From the NCBI GenBank assembly GCA_000146045.2, contig BK006944.2, positions 576,001 to 640,000 on the forward strand: a DNA stretch of 64,000 bases. The letters run 5' to 3'. Position 1 is the first letter of the stretch; every line of letters begins with the position of its first letter. The notes below the pieces were generated by a model. The model worked only from the letters and a program-made list of their open reading frames with translations, made no database searches and had not been told where the DNA came from. Made by a program: the position numbers and the translations under genes. This DNA is from TPA_inf: Saccharomyces. Lineage: Eukaryota. Shown piece by piece: positions 10,710 to 21,054 of this stretch.

Positions 10710-10788
10710 ATATGTACATAATAACGTAATTAAAGAAGATAATTTACTACTGAAAAAGCAACAATATAAGAAGTTAAGATGAATTATA

Positions 10789-13305
10789 CTAATTTTTCTT
10801 GTGTTTCTTAAGTTTGACTTCCAAATCTTGTACGCTTTCAACGTCATCAACATCTTCTTCTTCTTCCTTTTCTTCAACAAATGCCTTATTCAGCAGTGGA
10901 AAAATACGCTGCTGTTCACCAATTTTCTCATAATCAACGATCATACTGTCGAAAGCAAAACAAAATTCTCTCGCCATCACATCAATATTATTGTCTAATT
11001 GGGGCAATTTGGGATATCTCTGGGAAAAGTGTGTTAAGATCAACTTCCTAGCATTCATTTTGTTCGAAACACCGATTGCTTCATTAATAGTGCAGTGTTT
11101 TTTCTTCACGGCATCCTCCAGTAGCTGATTTTCTAGTGTAGCTTCGTGAATTAATAGATCTGAATTATAGCCTATTTCGAGGGAAAATTTCTCGATGTTA
11201 GGTCTTGTATCGCCTGAATATGAAACCTTGAATGTATTATGCTCATTGTTTTCGTCCATTCGGAAGGTAATTGAGTTCGAATATGCCCAGTCACAATGTA
11301 TAGCTCTGCAAGTTTGAAAATATTCTATCGATAAATCCTCATACATTTGTCTGATCAAGTCAACATCCCTATATGAAGAATCTCTATCCAGTTCCAGTTT
11401 TCTGTTTGATTCTTGATTGCTATTTTCTTTCAATATTTCATTGAACTCTGCCAAAGGAACAGATTGTGTCTGCATTCTTACAAACGAATCATTGATGAAA
11501 TGCTCACAACTTATGTATTTGATTCTCTTTAAAATCTCTTTATTTTCTAGAACTAACCATTCATTAACAAATTTGTGATATTGCCATGGAGTAACCACAT
11601 ATATATAACTCGTTTCATCATCCTTGTTATATTTGTACCATTCATTTAGCACGCTGATTATTCCCAAATGGTGGTCTGCATGCAAGTGACTCAGATATAT
11701 CATTTTCAAATCCTGAAATATTGACTTGACTGCTAGCTGAGAAAACATCCTGTGTATGGTACCTAAAGTATTTTCACCAGCATCTAGCATAATGTTTCTA
11801 TTTATGGTATTTCCATCGGCGTCAGTAAAAGGAACTTTAACAAGTGTGGAGACAACGTTTCTATATTTAGAAGGCAATGCACTACCGGTTCCTAAGGTGA
11901 TAATTTCAACGTGTTTCTTCTTTTCTGCTGAATTGTTAAAGTTATCCACGTGTAGTTGATTATTGATAACTGTATCGACATCAGCTAAGGGAAATTCTAA
12001 TGGTTTTACATGTTCTTCGAAAATTTCTTGCCACGAGAAATCCGCCACTTCACCGTTGATGTTGCATTTCATCGGTTCTTCGTTCATCCGAAATGGTTCG
12101 AAAGTTACTGTCTTGTTTTGTGAAAAAATATGAATGTTATCCTTCTCTATTATTGTATTCAAAGGCTCTTCCTGGGATTTACACATAGATGTACCTCTGC
12201 TGAGTGGTGTATCGAATCTGTCGTAGAAGTCCTTGGAAAACACACGATCTGTTTTTGGTAAATTGTAATTATTTACTTGTAGTGCCTTTAATTTCAATGT
12301 GGTCAATGCAGAACCGAAAAATGATATCGTGTTTGGAGAAATTTTATTGTGGGATATCATATGATTTACTTTACCATAATTGTTTTTCTCAAATATGTCA
12401 ATGAACGCGAATAGATTATCATTAATGGTAACCTCATCACCAAGAAAATAATACACCATGCCAAGCTCAGCACAATCATAATCCTTGAATTTTTCTACGA
12501 AAGCGTTCAAATATAGGTCATCTGGGATATCCAGGATCAATACTTTGGCAAAATGACGTTCATTCTCCAATACCTGTTCCGGAGTTACAACAATACCGTT
12601 ATCCAAAGTAATTGTTTGGCCCTTGGTTAACTTTGCAAATAAGGGACCCTTCGGAACACCTAGTTTAATAGCTTCCTCCACTTTAAATTTACCCCTCACT
12701 GGACTGAATGAAATCTCGTAATTCGTAGAAACTTCCACTTTGGCGTCTAAGTCAGGCAACTCTACATTCAAGTGCGGATCACTAGAAGGATCGTACCTAT
12801 CGGTGGGTGCATGTTTGGGGAACATTTTTGCTACTATGGAACGTAATACACCTTTTTGAAAACTATCGAAGACGCCTAACCTGTCTTCCCCCCCATTTTT
12901 CAGAACATTAAAGGATTTAACAGCTATTATCTTATCTTTATATACTTCCTTGTCTTTCATAATGTGATCGTTCAAGTCTATTCCGAATCTAAAGACGAAG
13001 TATCTCCAAGTGGAAACTATGTAATTCAAAATGTCATTGCCGTAATGCAAAACAAGATTACTTTTCCCTTGATCAGCAATAGTCAAAATCATTCCAGGTA
13101 ATCCACCTATATCTGACCAGTTTAATTCACCAGTAAGGAAAATATCCTTCAATTTGGATATCCTGATCTTATTTTCAGTCAGACTCCTTTGGGATCCTTC
13201 ACCAATTTTACCGAAGAAATACTTTTCCCCATGTGCAGACTGGACTAGCAGCAATGGGTGCTTTGTATCCGATGTAGGATGGGTGATGGGTATAAATGTG
13301 AACAT
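10789..13305 (-). CDS. TRZ1: tRNase Z (tRNA 3'-end processing endonuclease, ELAC2-type long form), 838 aa.
   Basis: The ORF track starts at a TTG (13434). The first ATG at 13303-13305 (MFTFIPITHPTSDTKHP...) gives 838 aa. The metallo-beta-lactamase motif HLHADHHLG is present. Matches YKR079C. Confidence 0.92.
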   Translation of the reverse strand: MFTFIPITHPTSDTKHPLLLVQSAHGEKYFFGKIGEGSQRSLTENKIRISKLKDIFLTGELNWSDIGGLPGMILTIADQGKSNLVLHYGNDILNYIVSTWRYFVFRFGIDLNDHIMKDKEVYKDKIIAVKSFNVLKNGGEDRLGVFDSFQKGVLRSIVAKMFPKHAPTDRYDPSSDPHLNVELPDLDAKVEVSTNYEISFSPVRGKFKVEEAIKLGVPKGPLFAKLTKGQTITLDNGIVVTPEQVLENERHFAKVLILDIPDDLYLNAFVEKFKDYDCAELGMVYYFLGDEVTINDNLFAFIDIFEKNNYGKVNHMISHNKISPNTISFFGSALTTLKLKALQVNNYNLPKTDRVFSKDFYDRFDTPLSRGTSMCKSQEEPLNTIIEKDNIHIFSQNKTVTFEPFRMNEEPMKCNINGEVADFSWQEIFEEHVKPLEFPLADVDTVINNQLHVDNFNNSAEKKKHVEIITLGTGSALPSKYRNVVSTLVKVPFTDADGNTINRNIMLDAGENTLGTIHRMFSQLAVKSIFQDLKMIYLSHLHADHHLGIISVLNEWYKYNKDDETSYIYVVTPWQYHKFVNEWLVLENKEILKRIKYISCEHFINDSFVRMQTQSVPLAEFNEILKENSNQESNRKLELDRDSSYRDVDLIRQMYEDLSIEYFQTCRAIHCDWAYSNSITFRMDENNEHNTFKVSYSGDTRPNIEKFSLEIGYNSDLLIHEATLENQLLEDAVKKKHCTINEAIGVSNKMNARKLILTHFSQRYPKLPQLDNNIDVMAREFCFAFDSMIVDYEKIGEQQRIFPLLNKAFVEEKEEEEDVDDVESVQDLEVKLKKHKKN

Positions 13306-14114
13306 CGTTGAAAACCTTCCAGGACTCTTTTCTTTGCGGGTGGTCGTTCTATTAGTCTGTTGCTTTTTAGGTCCCTTTCTGTATGATTTATACCTCCTGA
13401 CCAAATGGGAAAATGCAGATGAGAAGGATTTCAAGTGTGAATGACTATTTAGTAGTATATTCGACAGTTTGAATTATGCTTGAGGAAGATTATTTCACTG
13501 CCGCTCTATATCCTTTCGGGTATTTTAGAGAGAGAAAAGGAGGCAAAAAACAACCACCTAGACAGAATCATTAAAAGGTGGTATGAACTGCCGAAAAAGG
13601 GCCCAAGACAAGGTTTAGGATGCTAATTATGTCTTCCCTTTACGTCAGTTATAGATTATGCGATGCCCAAAAATTTTTTTCACTGCGGGTAAGTGTTCTG
13701 AAATACCGAGCAGTTACTATGTAGAAACGCTACGTCCTCGTTTGAGATATCAGTGGGCGATATTAATGCAACCAGGAATACCGCAACCCCATTACAATGG
13801 CCTAGCAAACATTCTGTAACAGCAATTTTGATTTGTTGAGTGGGTTGCTCTTTTTTTTATAGCATGACAATGATATCCGTAGGAACAGTGACATCGTATT
13901 TCAAATATGCATTCGAAAAAAAATAACCCAACTGAGGCTGTAGTATATTGTTTATGCAGGCTGTCACCTCCATAAATTGATATTTTATGGCATTATTCGC
14001 TACTCCAAGGTACCCTAAGAGGCCCTACTTTTTTGCGAAAAACCCCAAGACAATTTATTCTTTTCCTAGTCCAAGTCCTGACAAAAAATGAAAGCCCTGC
14101 GACTCTTTTTGGCG

Positions 14115-14226
14115 GAGTCAGCCCGAATCAACACAAGCCCTAATATTCCCAATGAACTGGTAAATAGATTTCTACAACGTTGTAAAGACTAATATTACTG
14201 TCTTTACTATTATGATATATTGACTC
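14115..14226. promoter_or_regulatory. Two TGACTC (Gcn4/Bas1 core) boxes in the MTD1 promoter: gagtca at 14115-14120 (reverse) and tgactc at 14221-14226.
   Basis: The hexamers are exact and sit at about -280 and -174 from the MTD1 ATG. MTD1 is known as a one-carbon/purine-regulon gene. Confidence 0.5.
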
Positions 14227-14394
14227 AGTAGAAAAGGAAAAAAAGCAACTACGCAAAGTATTTAAGTGCCTTGCAACCAGCTTCTTCTTGGGCTGAGATA
14301 CAATACCTCCTTGTCTATTCAAGTGTACAGTATCGCAAAGCACAGTAAAATTAATTCCTATCAACACAACCCATCAATATAAATCTATAGAGAA

Positions 14395-15357
14395 ATGTCG
14401 AAGCCTGGTCGTACTATTTTAGCAAGCAAGGTCGCCGAAACTTTCAATACCGAAATAATTAACAACGTAGAGGAATACAAGAAGACACATAATGGTCAAG
14501 GTCCCCTTCTTGTGGGATTCCTAGCTAATAATGATCCTGCTGCAAAGATGTATGCTACATGGACTCAAAAGACTAGCGAGTCAATGGGGTTCCGCTATGA
14601 CTTAAGGGTCATTGAAGATAAGGATTTTTTGGAAGAAGCGATAATACAAGCTAACGGCGATGACTCTGTGAACGGTATCATGGTATACTTTCCTGTTTTC
14701 GGTAATGCTCAAGATCAGTATTTGCAACAGGTTGTGTGCAAGGAAAAAGATGTAGAAGGGTTAAATCATGTTTACTACCAAAACCTGTACCATAATGTCA
14801 GATACCTGGACAAAGAAAACCGTTTGAAATCCATTCTACCTTGCACACCACTAGCTATCGTTAAGATATTGGAATTCTTGAAAATTTACAACAATTTGTT
14901 ACCAGAAGGAAACAGACTGTATGGGAAGAAATGCATAGTAATTAACAGGTCAGAAATCGTCGGTAGACCACTGGCGGCGCTATTAGCCAATGACGGTGCC
15001 ACAGTATACTCTGTGGACGTTAACAACATTCAAAAATTCACCCGTGGTGAAAGTTTGAAATTAAACAAGCATCATGTGGAAGACCTTGGGGAGTACTCTG
15101 AAGATCTGTTGAAAAAGTGTTCTCTTGATTCAGATGTGGTCATCACTGGTGTCCCTAGTGAAAATTACAAATTCCCCACCGAATACATCAAAGAAGGTGC
15201 CGTCTGCATCAATTTTGCATGCACCAAAAATTTTAGCGATGATGTCAAGGAAAAAGCTTCTCTTTACGTTCCAATGACTGGTAAAGTTACCATTGCAATG
15301 TTGTTGAGAAACATGTTACGTTTAGTAAGGAACGTAGAACTGTCTAAAGAAAAATAG
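14395..15357 (+). CDS. MTD1: NAD-dependent 5,10-methylenetetrahydrofolate dehydrogenase (320 aa).
   Basis: A 320-aa ORF with ATG at 14395. Length and position match YKR080W. It has a Rossmann-like region (VINRSEIVGRPLAALLANDGATVYSVD). Confidence 0.92.
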   Translation: MSKPGRTILASKVAETFNTEIINNVEEYKKTHNGQGPLLVGFLANNDPAAKMYATWTQKTSESMGFRYDLRVIEDKDFLEEAIIQANGDDSVNGIMVYFPVFGNAQDQYLQQVVCKEKDVEGLNHVYYQNLYHNVRYLDKENRLKSILPCTPLAIVKILEFLKIYNNLLPEGNRLYGKKCIVINRSEIVGRPLAALLANDGATVYSVDVNNIQKFTRGESLKLNKHHVEDLGEYSEDLLKKCSLDSDVVITGVPSENYKFPTEYIKEGAVCINFACTKNFSDDVKEKASLYVPMTGKVTIAMLLRNMLRLVRNVELSKEK

Positions 15358-15505
15358 AACATTTGTGGCTGTTCAAATAAGCATAGGTAAAACAGAATAC
15401 ATAAAAATAAGGGAAAAAAAGAAAGATCATTTGTAATGTACTTACTACATACATATAGAATTCTCCTCTCTTAGATTATCATATAATATACAAAGTTTAT
15501 GGGTC

Positions 15506-16540
15506 TTATTTCTTCTGTCTTTTAGCAGAGGGCTCAATATCAGTGGCACTGACGAACTCTTCTTCGTATTCTTGTCCATCATCCGAATACGACGCTTCAT
15601 CTTCGTAGTCTTCATCTACCTCTCCATCACCTTCTTCAGTTCCTTGGTCGAATTTGGATTTCAAACCCTTCATCTTTCTTGTTTGTAGTTTACCCAAATC
15701 TTGTTTGCCCATATGGATTCTACCCAATTTATCACCCATGATATCTAATTCTACATTCTTCTTTGTCTTCATTTCTAATTGTTTTGGCTTCTTGTGAGCT
15801 TCAGTGACCATATCTGGACTTGGAGTATGAATTCTGCCGATTTTGAAATCTAGACGTGGCCCAATCTCCACCAATTCAATACGTGGTAATCTCTTACCAC
15901 CTTGGTCGCTTTTATAACTTTTTAATTTGTAAACACGGAATAGAACGTTCGGCAATGGCTCACCATCTTGGAAGTCACCTTGAATGGTCATGGAAATGAC
16001 ATGTTGTAATCCCGCAACATCCTGTAAATCAGTAGATTCGCCTCTAAAGAAATCTAAAAACAAAGATTTAATTTGCTTGTATACGGGATGTGTATCAAAT
16101 GCAGCACCTTGGAATGTAAACATAGGCTTCAACCCTACAGTAAATGTTAATTTCTTAAAATCAGATAACAACTTGAAATTATCTGCAACCATTAGTTCAA
16201 TCATATCATATATTTTGTAGCCAAATGTACGTATAAAGGTCATGTTGTTTTTACGCTTTTTGGAACTTGTCATCAGCACCATCAATGAACAGTCATTCTT
16301 TTCACTAAAGAACTCTAGTGGCGACATGTCTTCGAAAGGATGAATATCATTCTTACGATTGAACCTCTTCATATCTGGCTTCTTCAAGGCACTCAAATCT
16401 ACCATAATATCGTGCAGATTCTTGTTACAGCTTTGCCCTGGAATGAATAGCGCTTGCTTGACATTCTCTACCAACTTAGCTTCCCTCTTTACCAAAGCTC
16501 TCTTGGCTCTTGCATTCTTGGGTTTTACGGTTCTAATCAT
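15506..16540 (-). CDS. RPF2: Ribosome biogenesis protein Rpf2 (Brix domain, 60S assembly with Rrs1/5S RNP), 344 aa.
   Basis: A 344-aa ORF with ATG (cat 16538-16540) verified. It has a basic N-terminus, a Brix-like core and an acidic C-tail. Matches YKR081C. Confidence 0.92.
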   Translation of the reverse strand: MIRTVKPKNARAKRALVKREAKLVENVKQALFIPGQSCNKNLHDIMVDLSALKKPDMKRFNRKNDIHPFEDMSPLEFFSEKNDCSLMVLMTSSKKRKNNMTFIRTFGYKIYDMIELMVADNFKLLSDFKKLTFTVGLKPMFTFQGAAFDTHPVYKQIKSLFLDFFRGESTDLQDVAGLQHVISMTIQGDFQDGEPLPNVLFRVYKLKSYKSDQGGKRLPRIELVEIGPRLDFKIGRIHTPSPDMVTEAHKKPKQLEMKTKKNVELDIMGDKLGRIHMGKQDLGKLQTRKMKGLKSKFDQGTEEGDGEVDEDYEDEASYSDDGQEYEEEFVSATDIEPSAKRQKK

Positions 16541-16654
16541 TTTTTCTGCCAGTGTTCTCCTGCGCTTTTGGATATGATAACTTCAATACAACTCATCGAT
16601 ATACCAAATCACTTTCCAATAATGCATTACACTATAAGAAAATTCGATCCTTAG

Positions 16655-16680
16655 CTCATCGCAAAAAAATGAAAAATTTT
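16655..16680 (-). promoter_or_regulatory. Ribi-regulon promoter pair: PAC (GCGATGAG, sense to RPF2; ctcatcgc at 16655-16662) and RRPE (AAAAATTTT at 16672-16680). They lie about 115-140 bp upstream of the RPF2 ATG.
   Basis: Both motifs are exact, in the canonical order and spacing seen upstream of ribosome-biogenesis genes. Confidence 0.7.
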
Positions 16681-16824
16681 CAAATCGTATAAAACGATAT
16701 ATTTGAGGATTTAGGAATCAAAATAGCAGAATAAACCAAAACATACACCATTTAGGAATAAGGTTTAGAGGAGCTCGAGCATACTGTTACATCCAATTCA
16801 AGTGAAGTACATTAGGATAGCCAT

Positions 16825-19800
16825 ATGAGTGAAAAAAAAGTACATCTTCGTTTGCGGAAGGAACTTAGCGTACCCATTGCGGTGGTTGAAAACGAATCCC
16901 TGGCGCAGTTGTCTTATGAAGAGGAAAGCCAGGCCTCTCTAATGGACATTTCCATGGAGCAGCAACAGTTAAGGTTACATTCGCACTTTGATAATTCCAA
17001 GGTTTTCACAGAAAATAACAGATACATAGTAAAAACCCTTCAAACAGACTACAGTAGCGGATTCAGTAACGATGACGAATTGAATGGATATATCGATATG
17101 CAAATTGGATATGGACTAGTCAATGACCACAAGAAGGTTTACATCTGGAATATTCACTCCACTCAAAAGGATACGCCCTATATAACTGTACCATTTCGTT
17201 CTGATGATAATGATGAAATAGCAGTCGCGCCCAGGTGCATACTAACTTTCCCTGCTACAATGGATGAGTCTCCATTAGCACTGAATCCTAATGATCAGGA
17301 CGAAACCGGAGGGCTTATCATTATCAAAGGTAGCAAAGCGATATATTATGAGGATATCAACTCCATAAATAATTTGAACTTTAAGTTATCTGAAAAATTC
17401 TCTCACGAGTTAGAATTACCCATCAACTCTTCGGGCGGAGAGAAGTGTGACCTAATGTTAAACTGCGAACCTGCTGGTATAGTGCTTTCTACAAATATGG
17501 GCAGAATATTTTTTATAACCATTAGAAATTCCATGGGTAAACCTCAACTGAAGTTAGGCAAACTATTAAATAAACCTTTCAAATTGGGTATCTGGTCCAA
17601 AATTTTCAATACAAACAGTTCAGTTGTCTCATTACGAAATGGACCTATCCTCGGTAAGGGGACAAGGTTAGTATATATTACTACTAACAAAGGAATTTTT
17701 CAAACATGGCAGTTGTCTGCCACGAATTCCCATCCAACAAAATTGATTGATGTAAACATTTACGAAGCCATTTTAGAGTCGCTCCAGGATTTGTATCCAT
17801 TTGCTCATGGTACGTTGAAGATTTGGGACTCTCATCCATTACAAGATGAAAGTTCACAACTTTTCCTGTCATCTATTTACGACAGTTCATGCAATGAAAC
17901 ATATTATATTCTTTCCACGATTATCTTCGATTCTTCTTCTAATAGTTTTACTATTTTTTCCACTTATAGATTGAACACTTTTATGGAGTCAATAACCGAC
18001 ACAAAGTTTAAGCCTAAGATATTTATACCTCAGATGGAGAATGCTAACGATACCAATGAGGTAACTTCCATTTTGGTAATGTTCCCCAATGCTGTTGTCA
18101 TTACTCAGGTGAACTCAAAATTGGACTCTAGCTATTCAATGAGAAGAAAGTGGGAAGATATTGTTAGCCTTAGAAATGACATTGATATAATTGGTTCTGG
18201 TTACGACTCAAAATCTTTGTATGTTTTAACGAAACAAATGGGGGTGCTACAGTTTTTTGTGAAAGAGAATGAGGAAACAAATTCTAAACCGGAAGTTGGG
18301 TTTGTCAAATCTCATGTTGATCAAGCTGTTTATTTCTCCAAAATAAATGCAAATCCCATAGATTTCAATTTACCTCCAGAAATTTCACTAGATCAAGAAT
18401 CTATAGAGCATGATTTAAAATTAACCAGCGAGGAGATTTTTCATTCCAACGGCAAGTACATACCCCCTATGCTAAATACGTTGGGGCAACATCTCTCTGT
18501 CCGTAAAGAATTTTTTCAAAATTTCCTGACATTTGTTGCTAAGAACTTCAACTATAAAATATCACCCGAACTGAAATTGGATCTGATCGAAAAATTTGAG
18601 ATCTTGAATTGCTGTATTAAGTTCAATAGTATCATCAGACAATCTGATGTATTGAACGATATATGGGAGAAGACTTTATCAAACTATAATCTGACACAAA
18701 ATGAACACTTAACTACTAAAACAGTTGTAATCAACAGTCCCGACGTATTTCCAGTAATCTTTAAACAATTTTTAAACCATGTTGTGTTTGTTTTGTTCCC
18801 ATCACAAAATCAAAATTTCAAACTAAATGTTACCAATTTAATCAACTTATGCTTTTATGATGGAATTCTTGAAGAAGGTGAAAAAACTATAAGGTATGAA
18901 CTTTTGGAGTTAGACCCGATGGAGGTTGATACATCCAAGCTACCATGGTTCATAAACTTTGATTACTTAAACTGTATCAATCAATGTTTTTTTGATTTTA
19001 CATTTGCGTGTGAGGAGGAAGGAAGTCTGGATTCTTATAAAGAGGGCTTGTTAAAGATTGTGAAAATTTTATATTATCAGTTCAACCAATTTAAAATATG
19101 GATCAACACGCAACCCGTTAAATCTGTGAACGCCAATGATAATTTTATAAATATCAACAATCTTTATGATGATAACCACCTGGATTGGAACCACGTCCTT
19201 TGTAAGGTAAATCTAAAAGAACAGTGTATTCAAATAGCAGAATTTTACAAAGATTTATCTGGATTGGTGCAAACATTACAAACTTTAGATCAAAATGACT
19301 CAACAACCGTATCGCTATACGAAACATTCTTCAACGAATTCCCTAAAGAGTTTAGCTTTACATTATTTGAATATTTAATCAAGCATAAAAAATTGAACGA
19401 CCTCATCTTCAGGTTCCCACAACAACACGATGTTTTAATACAGTTTTTCCAAGAGTCCGCTCCAAAGTACGGTCATGTAGCATGGATCCAACAGATTCTG
19501 GATGGGTCGTACGCAGATGCCATGAATACTTTAAAAAACATTACTGTTGATGATTCAAAGAAGGGCGAAAGCTTGAGCGAATGTGAATTGCACTTGAATG
19601 TTGCAAAATTAAGCTCGTTGCTAGTTGAAAAGGATAATTTGGACATTAATACTTTGAGAAAGATCCAATATAATTTAGATACAATTGATGCTGAGAAAAA
19701 TATTTCAAACAAATTGAAAAAGGGCGAAGTTCAGATATGTAAACGCTTCAAGAATGGCTCTATCAGGGAAGTTTTCAACATATTAGTGGAAGAGCTTAAA

Positions 19801-20298
19801 TCAACAACAGTAGTCAATCTATCGGATCTCGTTGAGTTGTATTCTATGCTCGACGATGAAGAGAGCTTATTCATACCGCTAAGGCTTCTTTCTGTTGATG
19901 GAAACTTACTGAATTTTGAAGTTAAAAAGTTCTTGAATGCTTTGGTATGGAGAAGAATCGTTCTACTAAATGCTAGTAATGAAGGAGATAAACTGCTTCA
20001 GCATATAGTCAAACGTGTTTTTGATGAAGAACTACCCAAAAATAATGATTTCCCCTTGCCCAGTGTGGATCTTTTATGTGACAAATCGTTACTGACGCCA
20101 GAATACATAAGCGAAACATATGGCAGGTTTCCTATTGATCAGAATGCCATACGTGAAGAGATATATGAAGAAATATCTCAAGTGGAAACGTTGAACTCAG
20201 ACAACTCACTCGAGATAAAGTTGCACTCGACTATTGGTTCTGTAGCGAAAGAAAAAAACTATACCATCAACTATGAAACCAACACTGTAGAATACTAA
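16825..20298 (+). CDS. NUP133: Nucleoporin Nup133 (Nup84 subcomplex), 1157 aa.
   Basis: A 1157-aa ORF with ATG at 16825. Length, beta-propeller-like N-half, alpha-helical C-half and synteny match YKR082W. Confidence 0.92.
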   Translation: MSEKKVHLRLRKELSVPIAVVENESLAQLSYEEESQASLMDISMEQQQLRLHSHFDNSKVFTENNRYIVKTLQTDYSSGFSNDDELNGYIDMQIGYGLVNDHKKVYIWNIHSTQKDTPYITVPFRSDDNDEIAVAPRCILTFPATMDESPLALNPNDQDETGGLIIIKGSKAIYYEDINSINNLNFKLSEKFSHELELPINSSGGEKCDLMLNCEPAGIVLSTNMGRIFFITIRNSMGKPQLKLGKLLNKPFKLGIWSKIFNTNSSVVSLRNGPILGKGTRLVYITTNKGIFQTWQLSATNSHPTKLIDVNIYEAILESLQDLYPFAHGTLKIWDSHPLQDESSQLFLSSIYDSSCNETYYILSTIIFDSSSNSFTIFSTYRLNTFMESITDTKFKPKIFIPQMENANDTNEVTSILVMFPNAVVITQVNSKLDSSYSMRRKWEDIVSLRNDIDIIGSGYDSKSLYVLTKQMGVLQFFVKENEETNSKPEVGFVKSHVDQAVYFSKINANPIDFNLPPEISLDQESIEHDLKLTSEEIFHSNGKYIPPMLNTLGQHLSVRKEFFQNFLTFVAKNFNYKISPELKLDLIEKFEILNCCIKFNSIIRQSDVLNDIWEKTLSNYNLTQNEHLTTKTVVINSPDVFPVIFKQFLNHVVFVLFPSQNQNFKLNVTNLINLCFYDGILEEGEKTIRYELLELDPMEVDTSKLPWFINFDYLNCINQCFFDFTFACEEEGSLDSYKEGLLKIVKILYYQFNQFKIWINTQPVKSVNANDNFININNLYDDNHLDWNHVLCKVNLKEQCIQIAEFYKDLSGLVQTLQTLDQNDSTTVSLYETFFNEFPKEFSFTLFEYLIKHKKLNDLIFRFPQQHDVLIQFFQESAPKYGHVAWIQQILDGSYADAMNTLKNITVDDSKKGESLSECELHLNVAKLSSLLVEKDNLDINTLRKIQYNLDTIDAEKNISNKLKKGEVQICKRFKNGSIREVFNILVEELKSTTVVNLSDLVELYSMLDDEESLFIPLRLLSVDGNLLNFEVKKFLNALVWRRIVLLNASNEGDKLLQHIVKRVFDEELPKNNDFPLPSVDLLCDKSLLTPEYISETYGRFPIDQNAIREEIYEEISQVETLNSDNSLEIKLHSTIGSVAKEKNYTINYETNTVEY

Positions 20299-20420
20299 TA
20301 TCTATAATACAATTTTACATATATATAATAAACTTTACTGGGGAATGATAATAATAAATATGTATATGCTATTATCGCAACTGCCTTCTTCCGATTTATA
20401 TAAGATCCTTTTCTTTCTGT

Positions 20421-20822
20421 TCATTCGTTACCATCTACCCTAATTCTGACCATTGTTTCCGGCAAGGGTACCAGATCTTCATCCTCATCATTATCTTCAT
20501 CATTCTTATCATTTTCTTGCGCTTCAAGACCTGTTTCATTTGATTGTTCAGATTCCTTTTTCTTAGAATCTTTCCACGGTCCTATCTCATAATCACCCTC
20601 TGCATATTGCAATAATCCCAAACTTGCTTGCGATATATTGTTTATTATAGAATCCCAATTGTTCATCAATTGGGCCACTGAATCCGCATTCATTCCCATT
20701 TCTTTGATCTGCTCATTCAACTCTGTTAGCTGAATTTTTAAGCCATCCGTTAAACTGGTTATCTTTTGTAATGACTGAAGTTCTTTTCGCTTTATAGCAA
20801 TTTGTTCATCTATTGAATCCAT
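20421..20822 (-). CDS. DAD2: DASH/Dam1 complex subunit Dad2 (133 aa).
   Basis: The ORF track starts at a TTG (20861). The first ATG (cat 20820-20822; MDSIDEQIAIKRKELQSL...) gives 133 aa that match YKR083C. Confidence 0.88.
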   Translation of the reverse strand: MDSIDEQIAIKRKELQSLQKITSLTDGLKIQLTELNEQIKEMGMNADSVAQLMNNWDSIINNISQASLGLLQYAEGDYEIGPWKDSKKKESEQSNETGLEAQENDKNDEDNDEDEDLVPLPETMVRIRVDGNE

Positions 20823-21054
20823 AATAACTGTCTGAATTATGAGTTTTTCAAACCTATTCAATAGTTTTTTAGATATATTCAGAGGCAGGTATTCTTTTGT
20901 ATTGTCGCCCTCTAACCTTTTGTAAGTACTTTCATATTTTTATTTTCGCGTTACACTAAATTCAAATATTAAAAAAGGATCGCTATTAATGTGTAGAAAT
21001 TGAAAAAATTACATACAGAAGCGTATAAAATTCTTATCATCTATTTTCACCCTT

